32,109 bases of DNA, taken from contig PAUJ01000003.1 of NCBI GenBank assembly GCA_002713705.1, positions 30,677 to 62,785 of the forward strand, given 5' to 3'. The notes below the pieces were generated by a model. The model was not told where the DNA came from, searched no databases, and saw only the letters and a program-made list of their open reading frames with translations. Below are positions 16,148 through 25,313 of this stretch, in pieces. The stretch's first letter is position 1. Every line of letters begins with the position of its first letter. Made by a program: the position numbers and the translations under genes. The DNA comes from Flavobacteriaceae bacterium (GTDB lineage Bacteria; Bacteroidota; Bacteroidia; Flavobacteriales; Flavobacteriaceae).

Positions 16148-18637
16148 TTAAAAAGAAAAACTAAAATTCCCTGTTATTCCAAAGTTCCTTGCTCCTAGAT
16201 TATCAAAATAGTTGCCACGAAAATTAAGTTGAATTGAAAATATTTTAAAAATATTCCCAACCCCAGCACTCCATTCCCAGTAGATATCTTCTGGAGATTG
16301 GTAAAGAATTGGCAAACCATCTACCCCAACATTAATAGCATTATTTGCATCTGAAATCTGACCCCATACCGCTCTAAAACCCACCAATTCACGTAAATTT
16401 AATTTTCGAATCAAGGGAACTCTCCCAAAAAATCGTCCTCCAAAATTATGCTTTAAATGAAAAGATGCATAGGTATCACTTACAAATTCGTAGTAATCTA
16501 ATTGTGTAAAAGTGTTATAAATACTCCACAGTGTTTGATTTCCCGGAATAGGACTTAATAAGCCAACAGGAACAGTACCAAATATTTTCCCTAATTCAAC
16601 GGTGGTATATAGTCTTCCTAGACCTCCAACATTCCAAGGTTGCGTATATAAGGTTTGTACTCTGTGATAATCAAAGTCACTTTTTAAAACATTTTTTAAA
16701 CCAAAAGTATAACCTAAGAAAAAGGAAGGAAAATCTCCTTGATTTATTAATTTTCTTTCTACTCCATACCCAGAAGTTTTACGTCCTGGAGTGTAATTAA
16801 TCCCTAATTCTAATTCAGACTGTTTTAATATGTCATTAATGGTGCCATTTTTATCATAATAACTTAAACTAAAGGTACCTGAAGCAGACTTTAATGTTCG
16901 ATGAGAACCTGTTATTCTAAAAATAAAATTTTTAGCAGGCTCCATTTCATAGCCTAAAGTAAAAAGATCTATATTGGTTAAACGATCGTTTGCCCCTATT
17001 GTAACCAATCCGGAAGATGCTCTATTTCTTCCCAAAACATCATTACTATTGGTTAAACTAGCTCCTGTTTGTTCTATATCTTTTCGATGACCTCCAAATA
17101 AAATTTTTCTGTTTTTTTTACTTAGCAATACCTTGCCAGACAAACCATATTTAAATTTCTCATCTTTAAATCCATAAGCACCAAAACCTTCTAATCTCCA
17201 CATATCATTTTGACCAAAATATGTTCTTCCTCCAAGTCGAAGTCGCAAACCTTCGACGTCATTATAACCTAAAACAGAAAAAACTGGCCCAGCATCAAAA
17301 CCTTTAAATTCATAATATCCACTGGCGACTAAAGCACCTATTGTATATAAATTTTTAAATCGTGGAACTGTTATCAAGGTGTCTAACATTTTATAAATAC
17401 CTTTTTCGTCACTACTTAAAGATTCCATTCTTCTTTCGTCCCAAAAACTATCAGATCGATTGTAAACTTCATAATCATAGGGATCTATATTCTCTTTATA
17501 AAATTTTTCGTCCTTAGGAATATCAAATTTGTAGTTATTAAAAAGAGTAGTTCTTTTTCCATACATACCATGAGCACTTTCTTTTTTCCTAAAACTAAAG
17601 TCACTTAACATGTAATCTCTTGTTATTAAAAAAGTAGAATCGTTTAGTACATCAAATTCTTGTTCAATATAAATTTCACGCACCCAATTTAAATTTACAC
17701 TTTTTGATGCTTGTAAATTAATTTCTTTAATGGCCCAAGTGCTATCATTTACCCAAAAGTCTCCTTTAAATGTTAATTCATTTTTTCTTCTAGGATAATA
17801 AACAATATTGTAACACCACTTATCACCAACAAAAGCACTATCTAATAACACATAATTATAAATATTAATTCCATTTGTAGATAATGGGCTATTAAAAGCT
17901 ACATCAAAGAATTTTAAATGATTGTCATAAATATCAAAATCTGAATACAAATCTTTCACTAATTCTATCAATGATTGATTGTTTTCAAAGCCCGAGTTTT
18001 TATTACCCTCTAAAAGTTCTTTTTCTTTATCAATTTTATTATCACCGTATACCTTTGAATAAGCTTCATTAATAAAAACTGGCAGGTACGTATTCCCTGT
18101 CACCCTTGAAGTATCAACTTTATCAAAAATGAATTCTATTCCTCTAAATGTTCTACTTTTAATAAGATTACTGTCAATAGTATTTATATCGAATTCTAAT
18201 TTTTCATATTTATTATAAGAATATTGATCAAACTTTTTAACCCCATTTTCTCTTCTATTTTCCCAAATTTTACGAAGAATGTCAATAGCAGGATTATTTT
18301 TTTTTGACTGTTTTCCACTAAAAATAATTACTTCTTTTAAAGAAGCAGGCTCTTCTTTTAGAATAATATTCATTTTAAAATTACTCTTTTTTTCAAGATC
18401 TAAATCTAAAGTAGTATATCCAATAAATGAAAAAATTACAGTGGTATAGGTTTCATTAGATTCTAAATAGAACCTCCCGTTTTCGTTGGTAATTGTTCCT
18501 TGATTAGAATCTTTAAAAAAAACATTAGCAAAAGCAACTGGATCTCCAAATTCATCTTTTATCTCCCCACTTACCTTGGTTTGTGATTGAACCAATGAAG
18601 TAAAAAAGAGTAATATATAAAAATAAAAATGCCTCAT
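16148..18637 (-). CDS. Exported/outer-membrane protein with carboxypeptidase-regulatory-like N-terminal domain and DUF5686-like C-terminal region
   Basis: Signal peptide; KVSGEIKD...GTITNENGRFYL...FSFIGY CarboxypepD_reg-like repeat; long aromatic beta-strand region ending FSFSF. ATG at 18637 preferred over TTG at 18640. Confidence 0.8.
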   Translation of the reverse strand: MRHFYFYILLFFTSLVQSQTKVSGEIKDEFGDPVAFANVFFKDSNQGTITNENGRFYLESNETYTTVIFSFIGYTTLDLDLEKKSNFKMNIILKEEPASLKEVIIFSGKQSKKNNPAIDILRKIWENRRENGVKKFDQYSYNKYEKLEFDINTIDSNLIKSRTFRGIEFIFDKVDTSRVTGNTYLPVFINEAYSKVYGDNKIDKEKELLEGNKNSGFENNQSLIELVKDLYSDFDIYDNHLKFFDVAFNSPLSTNGINIYNYVLLDSAFVGDKWCYNIVYYPRRKNELTFKGDFWVNDSTWAIKEINLQASKSVNLNWVREIYIEQEFDVLNDSTFLITRDYMLSDFSFRKKESAHGMYGKRTTLFNNYKFDIPKDEKFYKENIDPYDYEVYNRSDSFWDERRMESLSSDEKGIYKMLDTLITVPRFKNLYTIGALVASGYYEFKGFDAGPVFSVLGYNDVEGLRLRLGGRTYFGQNDMWRLEGFGAYGFKDEKFKYGLSGKVLLSKKNRKILFGGHRKDIEQTGASLTNSNDVLGRNRASSGLVTIGANDRLTNIDLFTLGYEMEPAKNFIFRITGSHRTLKSASGTFSLSYYDKNGTINDILKQSELELGINYTPGRKTSGYGVERKLINQGDFPSFFLGYTFGLKNVLKSDFDYHRVQTLYTQPWNVGGLGRLYTTVELGKIFGTVPVGLLSPIPGNQTLWSIYNTFTQLDYYEFVSDTYASFHLKHNFGGRFFGRVPLIRKLNLRELVGFRAVWGQISDANNAINVGVDGLPILYQSPEDIYWEWSAGVGNIFKIFSIQLNFRGNYFDNLGARNFGITGNFSFSF

Positions 18638-18726
18638 CAAAAGTAATTCGATGTTAAGATATTAATAATAAGAAAAGTAATTTTAAAAAAATAATTTACA
18701 AAGTCAATTAATACATGTAGTATATC

Positions 18727-19704
18727 TTATTTATATAACACTTTTTTTACCGCCTTTATTACATCAGTACTATTGGGTAACCATTCCGCAAGTAAAACTG
18801 GAGAAAATGGCGCTGGTGTATCTGCTGTATTTATTTTAATAATTGGAGCGTCTAAATAATCGAAAGCTTGTTCTTGTACTTGATATGTAATTTCTGTTGA
18901 AATATTTCCAAAAGGCCATGCTTCTTCTAGGATCACTAGACGGTTCGTTTTTTTAACAGATTCTAAAATTGTTTTATGATCTAATGGTCTTACGGTACGC
19001 AAATCAATAACCTCACATTCAATACCTTCTTCAGAAAGCACATTAGCTGCTTTATAGGCTTCTTTAATAATTTTTCCGAAAGATACGATAGTGACATCCG
19101 TTCCTTGTCTTTTTATTTCAGCAACCCCTAAAGGAATTAAATATTCTCCTTCTGGAACCTCAGCTTTATCACCATACATTTGTTCACTTTCCATAAAGAT
19201 AACTGGATCATCATCTCTAATTGCGCTTTTTAAAAGACCTTTTGCATCTTTAGGATTACTAGGAACTACTACTTTTAAACCCGGACAATTGGCATACCAA
19301 CTTTCAAAGGCTTGAGAATGAGTTGCAGCAAGTTGACCAGCAGAGGCTGTTGGACCTCTAAATACGATAGGAATATTAAATTGCCCACCACTCATCTGAC
19401 GCATTTTTGCGGCATTATTTATTATTTGATCAATCCCTACTAAGGAGAAATTAAAAGTCATGTATTCAACTATAGGTCTATTACCATTCATAGCAGAACC
19501 AATAGCAATTCCTGAAAAACCAAGTTCAGCTATTGGAGTATCAATAACTCTTAACTCGCCAAATTCATCTAACATTCCCTTACTAGCTTTATAAGCACCA
19601 TTGTATTCGGCAACTTCCTCACCCATTAAATAAACGCTTTCATCACGACGCATTTCTTCACTCATGGCTTCACAAATAGCTTCTCTAAATTGAATTGTTT
19701 TCAT
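18727..19704 (-). CDS. pdhB: Pyruvate dehydrogenase E1 beta subunit
   Basis: MGEEVAEYNGAYK, DTPIAE, FRGPTASAGQLAATHSQ, IDLRTVRPLD. Confidence 0.95.
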   Translation of the reverse strand: MKTIQFREAICEAMSEEMRRDESVYLMGEEVAEYNGAYKASKGMLDEFGELRVIDTPIAELGFSGIAIGSAMNGNRPIVEYMTFNFSLVGIDQIINNAAKMRQMSGGQFNIPIVFRGPTASAGQLAATHSQAFESWYANCPGLKVVVPSNPKDAKGLLKSAIRDDDPVIFMESEQMYGDKAEVPEGEYLIPLGVAEIKRQGTDVTIVSFGKIIKEAYKAANVLSEEGIECEVIDLRTVRPLDHKTILESVKKTNRLVILEEAWPFGNISTEITYQVQEQAFDYLDAPIIKINTADTPAPFSPVLLAEWLPNSTDVIKAVKKVLYK

Positions 19705-19789
19705 ATTTAATATTATAATTTAAAAAAAACCTGAATCGTATCAGATTTAAAAAATCTACTACATAATTTTCTCTTTATAAAAAGAGTTA

Positions 19790-19797
19790 CAAAAATA
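19790..19797 (-). promoter_or_regulatory. -7 promoter element for pdhB
   Basis: TATTTTTG on the minus strand, about 85 nt upstream of the ATG. Confidence 0.5.
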
Positions 19798-19885
19798 CTA
19801 TTATTTATATATGGCTCCCTATTTTTTTCTAAAGTTTTAACTAATTTTTATTATGCGTGCATAGTAAAAAGCATAAAAATATCCT

Positions 19886-19893
19886 TATATTTG
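19886..19893 (+). promoter_or_regulatory. -7 promoter element for etfBA
   Basis: TATATTTG, 68 nt upstream of the etfB ATG. Confidence 0.65.
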
Positions 19894-19961
19894 TAACTTG
19901 AAATTTAAAGCTTTTTTATGCCATAAAATTTCTTAAAAAAAATAAATAATAAAATATTACT

Positions 19962-20702
19962 ATGAAAATATTAGTGTGTATAAGTCACGTACCAGACACT
20001 ACATCTAGAATTAATTTTACTGAAGAAAATTCTAAATTTGACACAAATGGTGTTCAATTTGTAATTAATCCTAATGATGAATTTGGATTAACACGTGCTA
20101 TGTGGTTTAAAGAAAAACAAGGTGCAACAGTTCATGTTGTAAATGTTGGAGGACCAGAAACAGAACCAACTTTAAGAAAGGCATTGGCAATAGGTGCAGA
20201 CGAAGCAATAAGAGTTAATGCGGCTGCTACTGATGGTTTTTATGTTGCAAAACAACTTGCAAATATTGCTAATGAAGGTGAATATGATTTAATAATTGGC
20301 GGTCGTGAATCCATCGATTATAATGGTGGAATGGTTCCAGGAATGATTGCTAAATTGACAGATGCTAATTTTGTCAATATGTGTATCAATATTGAAGTAG
20401 AAGGAACCAATGTAACCGCAGCTCGTGAAATAGATGGTGGTAATGAAATTATTAATACTAACCTCCCTTTAGTTGTAGCTGGACAAAAAGGTATTGTTGA
20501 AGAATCTGACCTTCGAATTCCAAATATGAGAGGTATTATGCAAGCACGTAGCAAACCGTTAAAAGTAAAAGAACCAATAAATACCAATATAGAAACAAAA
20601 ATTACTGGTTTCTCAAAACCAGATTCAAAAGGTGCTGTTAAATTGGTAGATAATGTTGATGAATTAATCAACCTGTTGCACAATGAAGCAAAGGTGATTT
20701 AG
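19962..20702 (+). CDS. etfB: Electron transfer flavoprotein beta subunit
   Basis: MKILVCISHVPDT, INPNDE, ALAIGADEA, GRESIDYNGG, LRIPNMRGIM. Confidence 0.95.
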   Translation: MKILVCISHVPDTTSRINFTEENSKFDTNGVQFVINPNDEFGLTRAMWFKEKQGATVHVVNVGGPETEPTLRKALAIGADEAIRVNAAATDGFYVAKQLANIANEGEYDLIIGGRESIDYNGGMVPGMIAKLTDANFVNMCINIEVEGTNVTAAREIDGGNEIINTNLPLVVAGQKGIVEESDLRIPNMRGIMQARSKPLKVKEPINTNIETKITGFSKPDSKGAVKLVDNVDELINLLHNEAKVI

Positions 20703-20714
20703 ACGCTGGTTAAA

Positions 20715-20789
20715 TCATTCCGAAATAATTCGGAAACTTATAAAATTAAAGAAATGTTTAAAAAAGTCCTGAATTTAGTTCAGGATGAC
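20715..20789. repeat. REP-like palindromic dimer (two related hairpins in inverted orientation)
   Basis: TCATTCCGAA-ATAA-TTCGGAA and TCCTGAA-TTTAG-TTCAGGATGAC; the outer ends match each other 8/10 as inverted repeats. Confidence 0.65.
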
Positions 20790-20801
20790 AAAAAATAAAA
20801 T

Positions 20802-21770
20802 ATGTCAGTATTAGTATATACAGAATCTGAAAAAGGTACGTTTAAAAAAATAGCTTTCGAAGCGGTATCCTATGCAAAAGGGATAGCCGATATGTTAGGA
20901 ACCTCGGTTACTGCAATATCCATAAATGGTAATAATACCGATCAATTAGGAAAATATGGAGCTTCTAAAGTTCTTCAAGTTTCTAATGATCAATTGCAAA
21001 TTTTTAATGCTTCAGCTTATGCAGATACGATTGCACAAGCTGCAAAAAGTGAAGCATCACCTGTAGTAATAATTTCATCCAGTGCAAACAGCAAGTATCT
21101 TGCACCCTTATTAGCGGTAAATATGGAAGCTGGGTTTGTCCCAAATGTGACGGAATTGCCAACAAGTACTTCACCATTTAAAATAAGCTCAACCGTATTT
21201 TCAAATAAAGCGTTTGCTACTACAGAAATTACTACCGAAAAAAAATTAATTGCACTTGCTAAAAATGCTTTTGGTGTTTTAGAAAATGATACTTCTTTAA
21301 CTACAGAAGCGTTCTCTCCAAGTTTATCAGAAAAAGACTTTAATACCAAGGTGGCTTCTATAGAAAAAACTAACGACAAAGTAACTATTGCAGATGCTGA
21401 TATCGTAGTTTCTGCAGGACGTGGCATGAAAGGTCCTGAAAACTGGGGAATGATTGAAGATTTAGCTGAGGTATTAGGTGCAGCTACTGCTTGTTCAAAA
21501 CCAGTGAGTGACTTAGGTTGGAGACCTCATGGTGAACACGTGGGACAAACTGGAAAACCAGTATCTTCTAATTTATACATTGCAATTGGTATTTCTGGAG
21601 CAATTCAACATTTAGCAGGAGTAAATTCTTCAAAAGTAAAAGTTGTAATCAATAATGACCCTGAAGCGCCTTTCTTTAAAGCTGCTGATTATGGTATCGT
21701 TGGAGATGCTTTTGAGTTTGTACCACTACTAATAGAAAAATTAAAGGAGTTTAAAAGTAATAACGCATAA
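20802..21770 (+). CDS. etfA: Electron transfer flavoprotein alpha subunit
   Basis: ADIVVSAGRG, VGQTGKPV, LYIAIGISGAIQHLAG, INNDPEAPFF. Confidence 0.95.
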   Translation: MSVLVYTESEKGTFKKIAFEAVSYAKGIADMLGTSVTAISINGNNTDQLGKYGASKVLQVSNDQLQIFNASAYADTIAQAAKSEASPVVIISSSANSKYLAPLLAVNMEAGFVPNVTELPTSTSPFKISSTVFSNKAFATTEITTEKKLIALAKNAFGVLENDTSLTTEAFSPSLSEKDFNTKVASIEKTNDKVTIADADIVVSAGRGMKGPENWGMIEDLAEVLGAATACSKPVSDLGWRPHGEHVGQTGKPVSSNLYIAIGISGAIQHLAGVNSSKVKVVINNDPEAPFFKAADYGIVGDAFEFVPLLIEKLKEFKSNNA

Positions 21771-21801
21771 TTTTTTATTAATTTGGGCCTTAATAAATGG
21801 G

Positions 21802-21846
21802 CTGTTTAATTTTAGGCGAACCCAAAAAATTAAACAGTTTTTTTTT
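21802..21846 (+). terminator. Intrinsic terminator-like hairpin after etfA
   Basis: 12-bp stem CTGTTTAATTTT/AAAATTAAACAG with an inner GG-CGAA-CC, followed by T9. Confidence 0.7.
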
Positions 21847-21857
21847 AATATATTTTA

Positions 21858-22481
21858 ATGAGTTTAATAAAACTAAATATTAAAGGGATTTCATACAGTC
21901 AAACTCAAAATGGTGCTTATGCATTAATTTTGAGTGAAGAAAATGGAGATCAAAAATTACCAATCGTTATAGGTGCTTTTGAAGCCCAATCTATAGCTAT
22001 TGCACTAGAGAAAGAAATTATGCCACCTAGGCCTCTAACCCATGATTTATTTAAAACCTTTGCAACACGATACGATATTGTTGTTCAACAAGTAATTATT
22101 CATAAATTATTAGATGGTGTTTTTTATTCTAGTATTATTTGTGAAAGAGATGGCATTGAAGAAATAATAGACGCAAGAACTAGTGATGCTATTGCTTTAG
22201 CACTGCGTTTTGATGCACCAATTTTTACCTATAAAAATATTCTAGACAAAGCTGGTATTAAAACGGAAGTAGAGCCCTACAAAAATGATCTTTCCAAGAA
22301 AGCAGCGACTGTTATCAAACAGCTTATTACTGGTGACGATAAAAAATCTTCTATTTCTACTCGAGAAGACTTCAGCAAGCATTCATTAAAAAAACTAAAA
22401 AAAATGCTTGAAGATGCAGTTAATAGTGAAGAATATGAAAAAGCAGTAAGTATTCGAGACGAAATTTCAAAAAGACAATAG
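21858..22481 (+). CDS. Bifunctional nuclease family protein (DUF151/BFN) with C-terminal UvrB/C-type coiled-coil motif
   Basis: LPIVIGAFEAQSIA, RPLTHDL, IDARTSDAIALA; C-terminal AVNSEEYEKAVSIRDEI. Confidence 0.9.
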   Translation: MSLIKLNIKGISYSQTQNGAYALILSEENGDQKLPIVIGAFEAQSIAIALEKEIMPPRPLTHDLFKTFATRYDIVVQQVIIHKLLDGVFYSSIICERDGIEEIIDARTSDAIALALRFDAPIFTYKNILDKAGIKTEVEPYKNDLSKKAATVIKQLITGDDKKSSISTREDFSKHSLKKLKKMLEDAVNSEEYEKAVSIRDEISKRQ

Positions 22482-22487
22482 CATCCT

Positions 22488-24203
22488 ATGCAAAAATATT
22501 TATTAGTTGGAGTTTTAGTTTTAGTTCAGTTTTTATCATTTGGACAAAACTTAGAGAAAAAATGGCAGTTTTCTAGTATTGAAAATGCAGAAGAAGAATC
22601 TTTAATAAGTATAAATCCAGAAAACGACTTTTTAACACTAAGGGATGGAACTTTTTCATACGAATTAGAAGCTAAAGAAAACTTAAAAGCTTCCGGAGAT
22701 TATATGTTCCAAAATAAGTTAATGATTTTTTATTACAATCAACCTACGGATACTATTAGAAGGTATAAAATAAGTGAGCTTACCGATTCAACATTAATAT
22801 TCACTGAAAATGGATCGAATTATAAATTTATAAGTTCCATCGGCGAACAAAAAGAAGAAATACTGCAATCAGAATCGAATTCAGGAGTAATACCAAGTCA
22901 AGGTTTTTCTTTTACGAGTATTTGGAAAGGTGTTTTAGGAATGACTTCCTTGTTATTTATCGCATTTTTATTTAGCAGTAACAGAAAAGCTATTAATTGG
23001 AAAACAGTAGGTATTGGCTTAGCGTTTCAATTATTTATTGCTATTGGTGTTCTAAAAGTTTCTTTTGTACAAAATGCATTTGAGGCTGTTGGAAAAGTAT
23101 TTGTAAGCATATTAGAATTTACAAGAGCTGGTAGTAAGTTCTTATTTGAAGGACTGGTAGTAGATATGGATACCTTTGGATTTATTTTTGCATTTCAAGT
23201 ATTACCAACTATCATCTTCTTCTCTGCATTAACATCTGTGTTATTTTACTTTGGGGTTATCCAAAAAGTAGTTAAAGCCTTTGGTTGGTTATTATCAAAA
23301 CTATTAAAAATATCTGGTGCCGAAAGCTTTAGTGTCGCTGGAAATATCTTTTTAGGACAAACAGAAGCTCCCCTTCTTATCAAAGAGTATTTAGAAAAAA
23401 TGACTAAATCAGAAATACTTTTAGTAATGATTGGAGGAATGGCAACTGTTGCAGGCGCCGTTCTTGCTGCATATATTGGGTTTTTAGGTGGTAATGATCC
23501 AGTACTTAGATTATTGTTTGCAAAGCATTTATTAGCAGCATCGGTTATGGCTGCGCCAGGTGCCATTGTAATTTCAAAAATATTATACCCACAAACCGAG
23601 GTCATCAATACAGATGTTGAAGTTTCTTCAGAAAAAATTGGATCTAACGTATTAGATTCAATCGCAATCGGAACTACAGAAGGATTAAAGTTAGCTGTAA
23701 ATGTTGGCGCTATGTTGTTAGTTTTTGTTGCCTTTATAGCAATGTTCAATGGAATTCTAGGTTGGCTTGGAGGTTTTACTACTATTAATAGCTGGGTTGC
23801 AGCAAATTCTTCCTATGATCAACTTTCATTAGAAGCCATTCTTGGTACTGTATTCGCTCCATTAATGTGGTTAATTGGAGTTGCAAAAGAAGATATGATG
23901 ATGATGGGACAACTTTTAGGAATCAAATTAGTAGCTAGTGAATTTCTTGGCTATATACAGCTTGCAGATCTTAAAAATGTTGCCAATGCCACTCATTTAA
24001 CCTATGAAAAGTCAATTATCATGGCCACCTATATGTTATGCGGTTTTGCAAATTTTGCTTCCATTGGCATTCAAATTGGGGGAATTGGATCATTAGCACC
24101 GGGACAACGTAAAACCTTATCAAAATTTGGAATGAAAGCATTAATCGGTGGTAGTATCGCATCTTTAATTTCAGCTACCATCGCTGGAATGATTATAGGA
24201 TAA
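22488..24203 (+). CDS. nupC: Concentrative nucleoside transporter (NupC/CNT family) with an extra N-terminal exported domain
   Basis: FAFQVLPTIIFF, NIFLGQTEAPL, GGMATVAG, KLVASEF and LCGFANFASIGIQIGG; about 135 extra N-terminal aa with a signal peptide. Confidence 0.9.
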   Translation: MQKYLLVGVLVLVQFLSFGQNLEKKWQFSSIENAEEESLISINPENDFLTLRDGTFSYELEAKENLKASGDYMFQNKLMIFYYNQPTDTIRRYKISELTDSTLIFTENGSNYKFISSIGEQKEEILQSESNSGVIPSQGFSFTSIWKGVLGMTSLLFIAFLFSSNRKAINWKTVGIGLAFQLFIAIGVLKVSFVQNAFEAVGKVFVSILEFTRAGSKFLFEGLVVDMDTFGFIFAFQVLPTIIFFSALTSVLFYFGVIQKVVKAFGWLLSKLLKISGAESFSVAGNIFLGQTEAPLLIKEYLEKMTKSEILLVMIGGMATVAGAVLAAYIGFLGGNDPVLRLLFAKHLLAASVMAAPGAIVISKILYPQTEVINTDVEVSSEKIGSNVLDSIAIGTTEGLKLAVNVGAMLLVFVAFIAMFNGILGWLGGFTTINSWVAANSSYDQLSLEAILGTVFAPLMWLIGVAKEDMMMMGQLLGIKLVASEFLGYIQLADLKNVANATHLTYEKSIIMATYMLCGFANFASIGIQIGGIGSLAPGQRKTLSKFGMKALIGGSIASLISATIAGMIIG

Positions 24204-24343
24204 GATTAATTTTAATCATTTTTTTAATGTTTCTTTTTTTATCTTTTAAAGATTATGAGGTAAATCCCTGCTTTAAATTTTAATTATATATAACCTCTTG
24301 TTATTCACTATTTACGTTGATAACTTTTAATAATATAAAGGTC

Positions 24344-24380
24344 CTTTAGAAATAATTATCTAAAGCTTTTTTTTATTTTT
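24344..24380 (+). terminator. Weak terminator-like hairpin between nupC and thyA
   Basis: CTTTAGA-AATAATTA-TCTAAAG followed by C and T8; AT-rich stem. Confidence 0.4.
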
Positions 24381-24440
24381 AACCTCATAAGAATTTGAAT
24401 CTATTATTATAAAACCCCCTTTTATTACGAGGAGTCATCT

Positions 24441-25265
24441 ATGAAACAATACCACGATCTTATAAAGCATGTTTTAGAAAACGGAACCACAAAACAAGAT
24501 AGAACAGGAACAGGAACTAAAAGTGTTTTTGGTTACCAAATGCGATTCGACTTAAGCAAAGGTTTCCCAATGGTAACCACAAAAAAACTTCATTTAAAAT
24601 CAATCGTTTATGAATTGTTATGGTTTTTAAAAGGCGATACCAATATTAAATACCTTCAAGAAAATGGAGTTCGTATTTGGAATGAGTGGGCAGATGAAAA
24701 AGGTGATTTAGGTCCTGTTTACGGATATCAATGGCGTAATTGGAATGGTGATGAAATTGATCAAATTTCAGAAATCATCGAAACGATTAAAACCAATCCA
24801 GACAGCAGAAGAATGTTAGTTTCTGCCTGGAATCCAAGTGTGTTACCTGATACCAGTAAAACATTTTCAGATAATGTAGCTAATGGTAAAGCAGCTTTAC
24901 CTCCTTGTCACGCTTTTTTTCAATTTTATGTAGCCAATGGGAAGTTATCTTGTCAATTATACCAGCGAAGTGCCGATATCTTTTTAGGAGTCCCCTTTAA
25001 CATAGCATCCTATGCATTATTTACCATGATGATGGCTCAAGCTTGTGGACTAGAAGCAGGAGATTTTATACATACTTTTGGCGATGCACATATTTATAGC
25101 AATCATCAAGAGCAAATAGATCTTCAATTATCAAGAGATCTAAAACCGCTTCCTAAAATGATTTTAAATCCAGAAGTGAAAAATATTTTCGATTTTACAT
25201 TTGATGATTTCACTTTAACAGATTACGAGCACCACCCGCATATTAAAGGTGCTGTGGCTATTTAA
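24441..25265 (+). CDS. thyA: Thymidylate synthase ThyA
   Basis: [53 protein letters not shown]. Confidence 0.97.
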   Translation: MKQYHDLIKHVLENGTTKQDRTGTGTKSVFGYQMRFDLSKGFPMVTTKKLHLKSIVYELLWFLKGDTNIKYLQENGVRIWNEWADEKGDLGPVYGYQWRNWNGDEIDQISEIIETIKTNPDSRRMLVSAWNPSVLPDTSKTFSDNVANGKAALPPCHAFFQFYVANGKLSCQLYQRSADIFLGVPFNIASYALFTMMMAQACGLEAGDFIHTFGDAHIYSNHQEQIDLQLSRDLKPLPKMILNPEVKNIFDFTFDDFTLTDYEHHPHIKGAVAI

Positions 25266-25313
25266 TTTATTTTAAAAAAACAGTATATTTACCTTAAGTC
25301 TAAAAAAAAGAAT

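Noticed and set aside
18727-19704. pdhB without pdhA/pdhC alongside
   Set aside because: Split pdh genes are, to my knowledge, normal in Flavobacteriia.
21814-21823. GGCGAACC as part of a c-di-GMP-I riboswitch
   Set aside because: The paired P2/P3 tetraloop-receptor architecture and other conserved nucleotides are absent.
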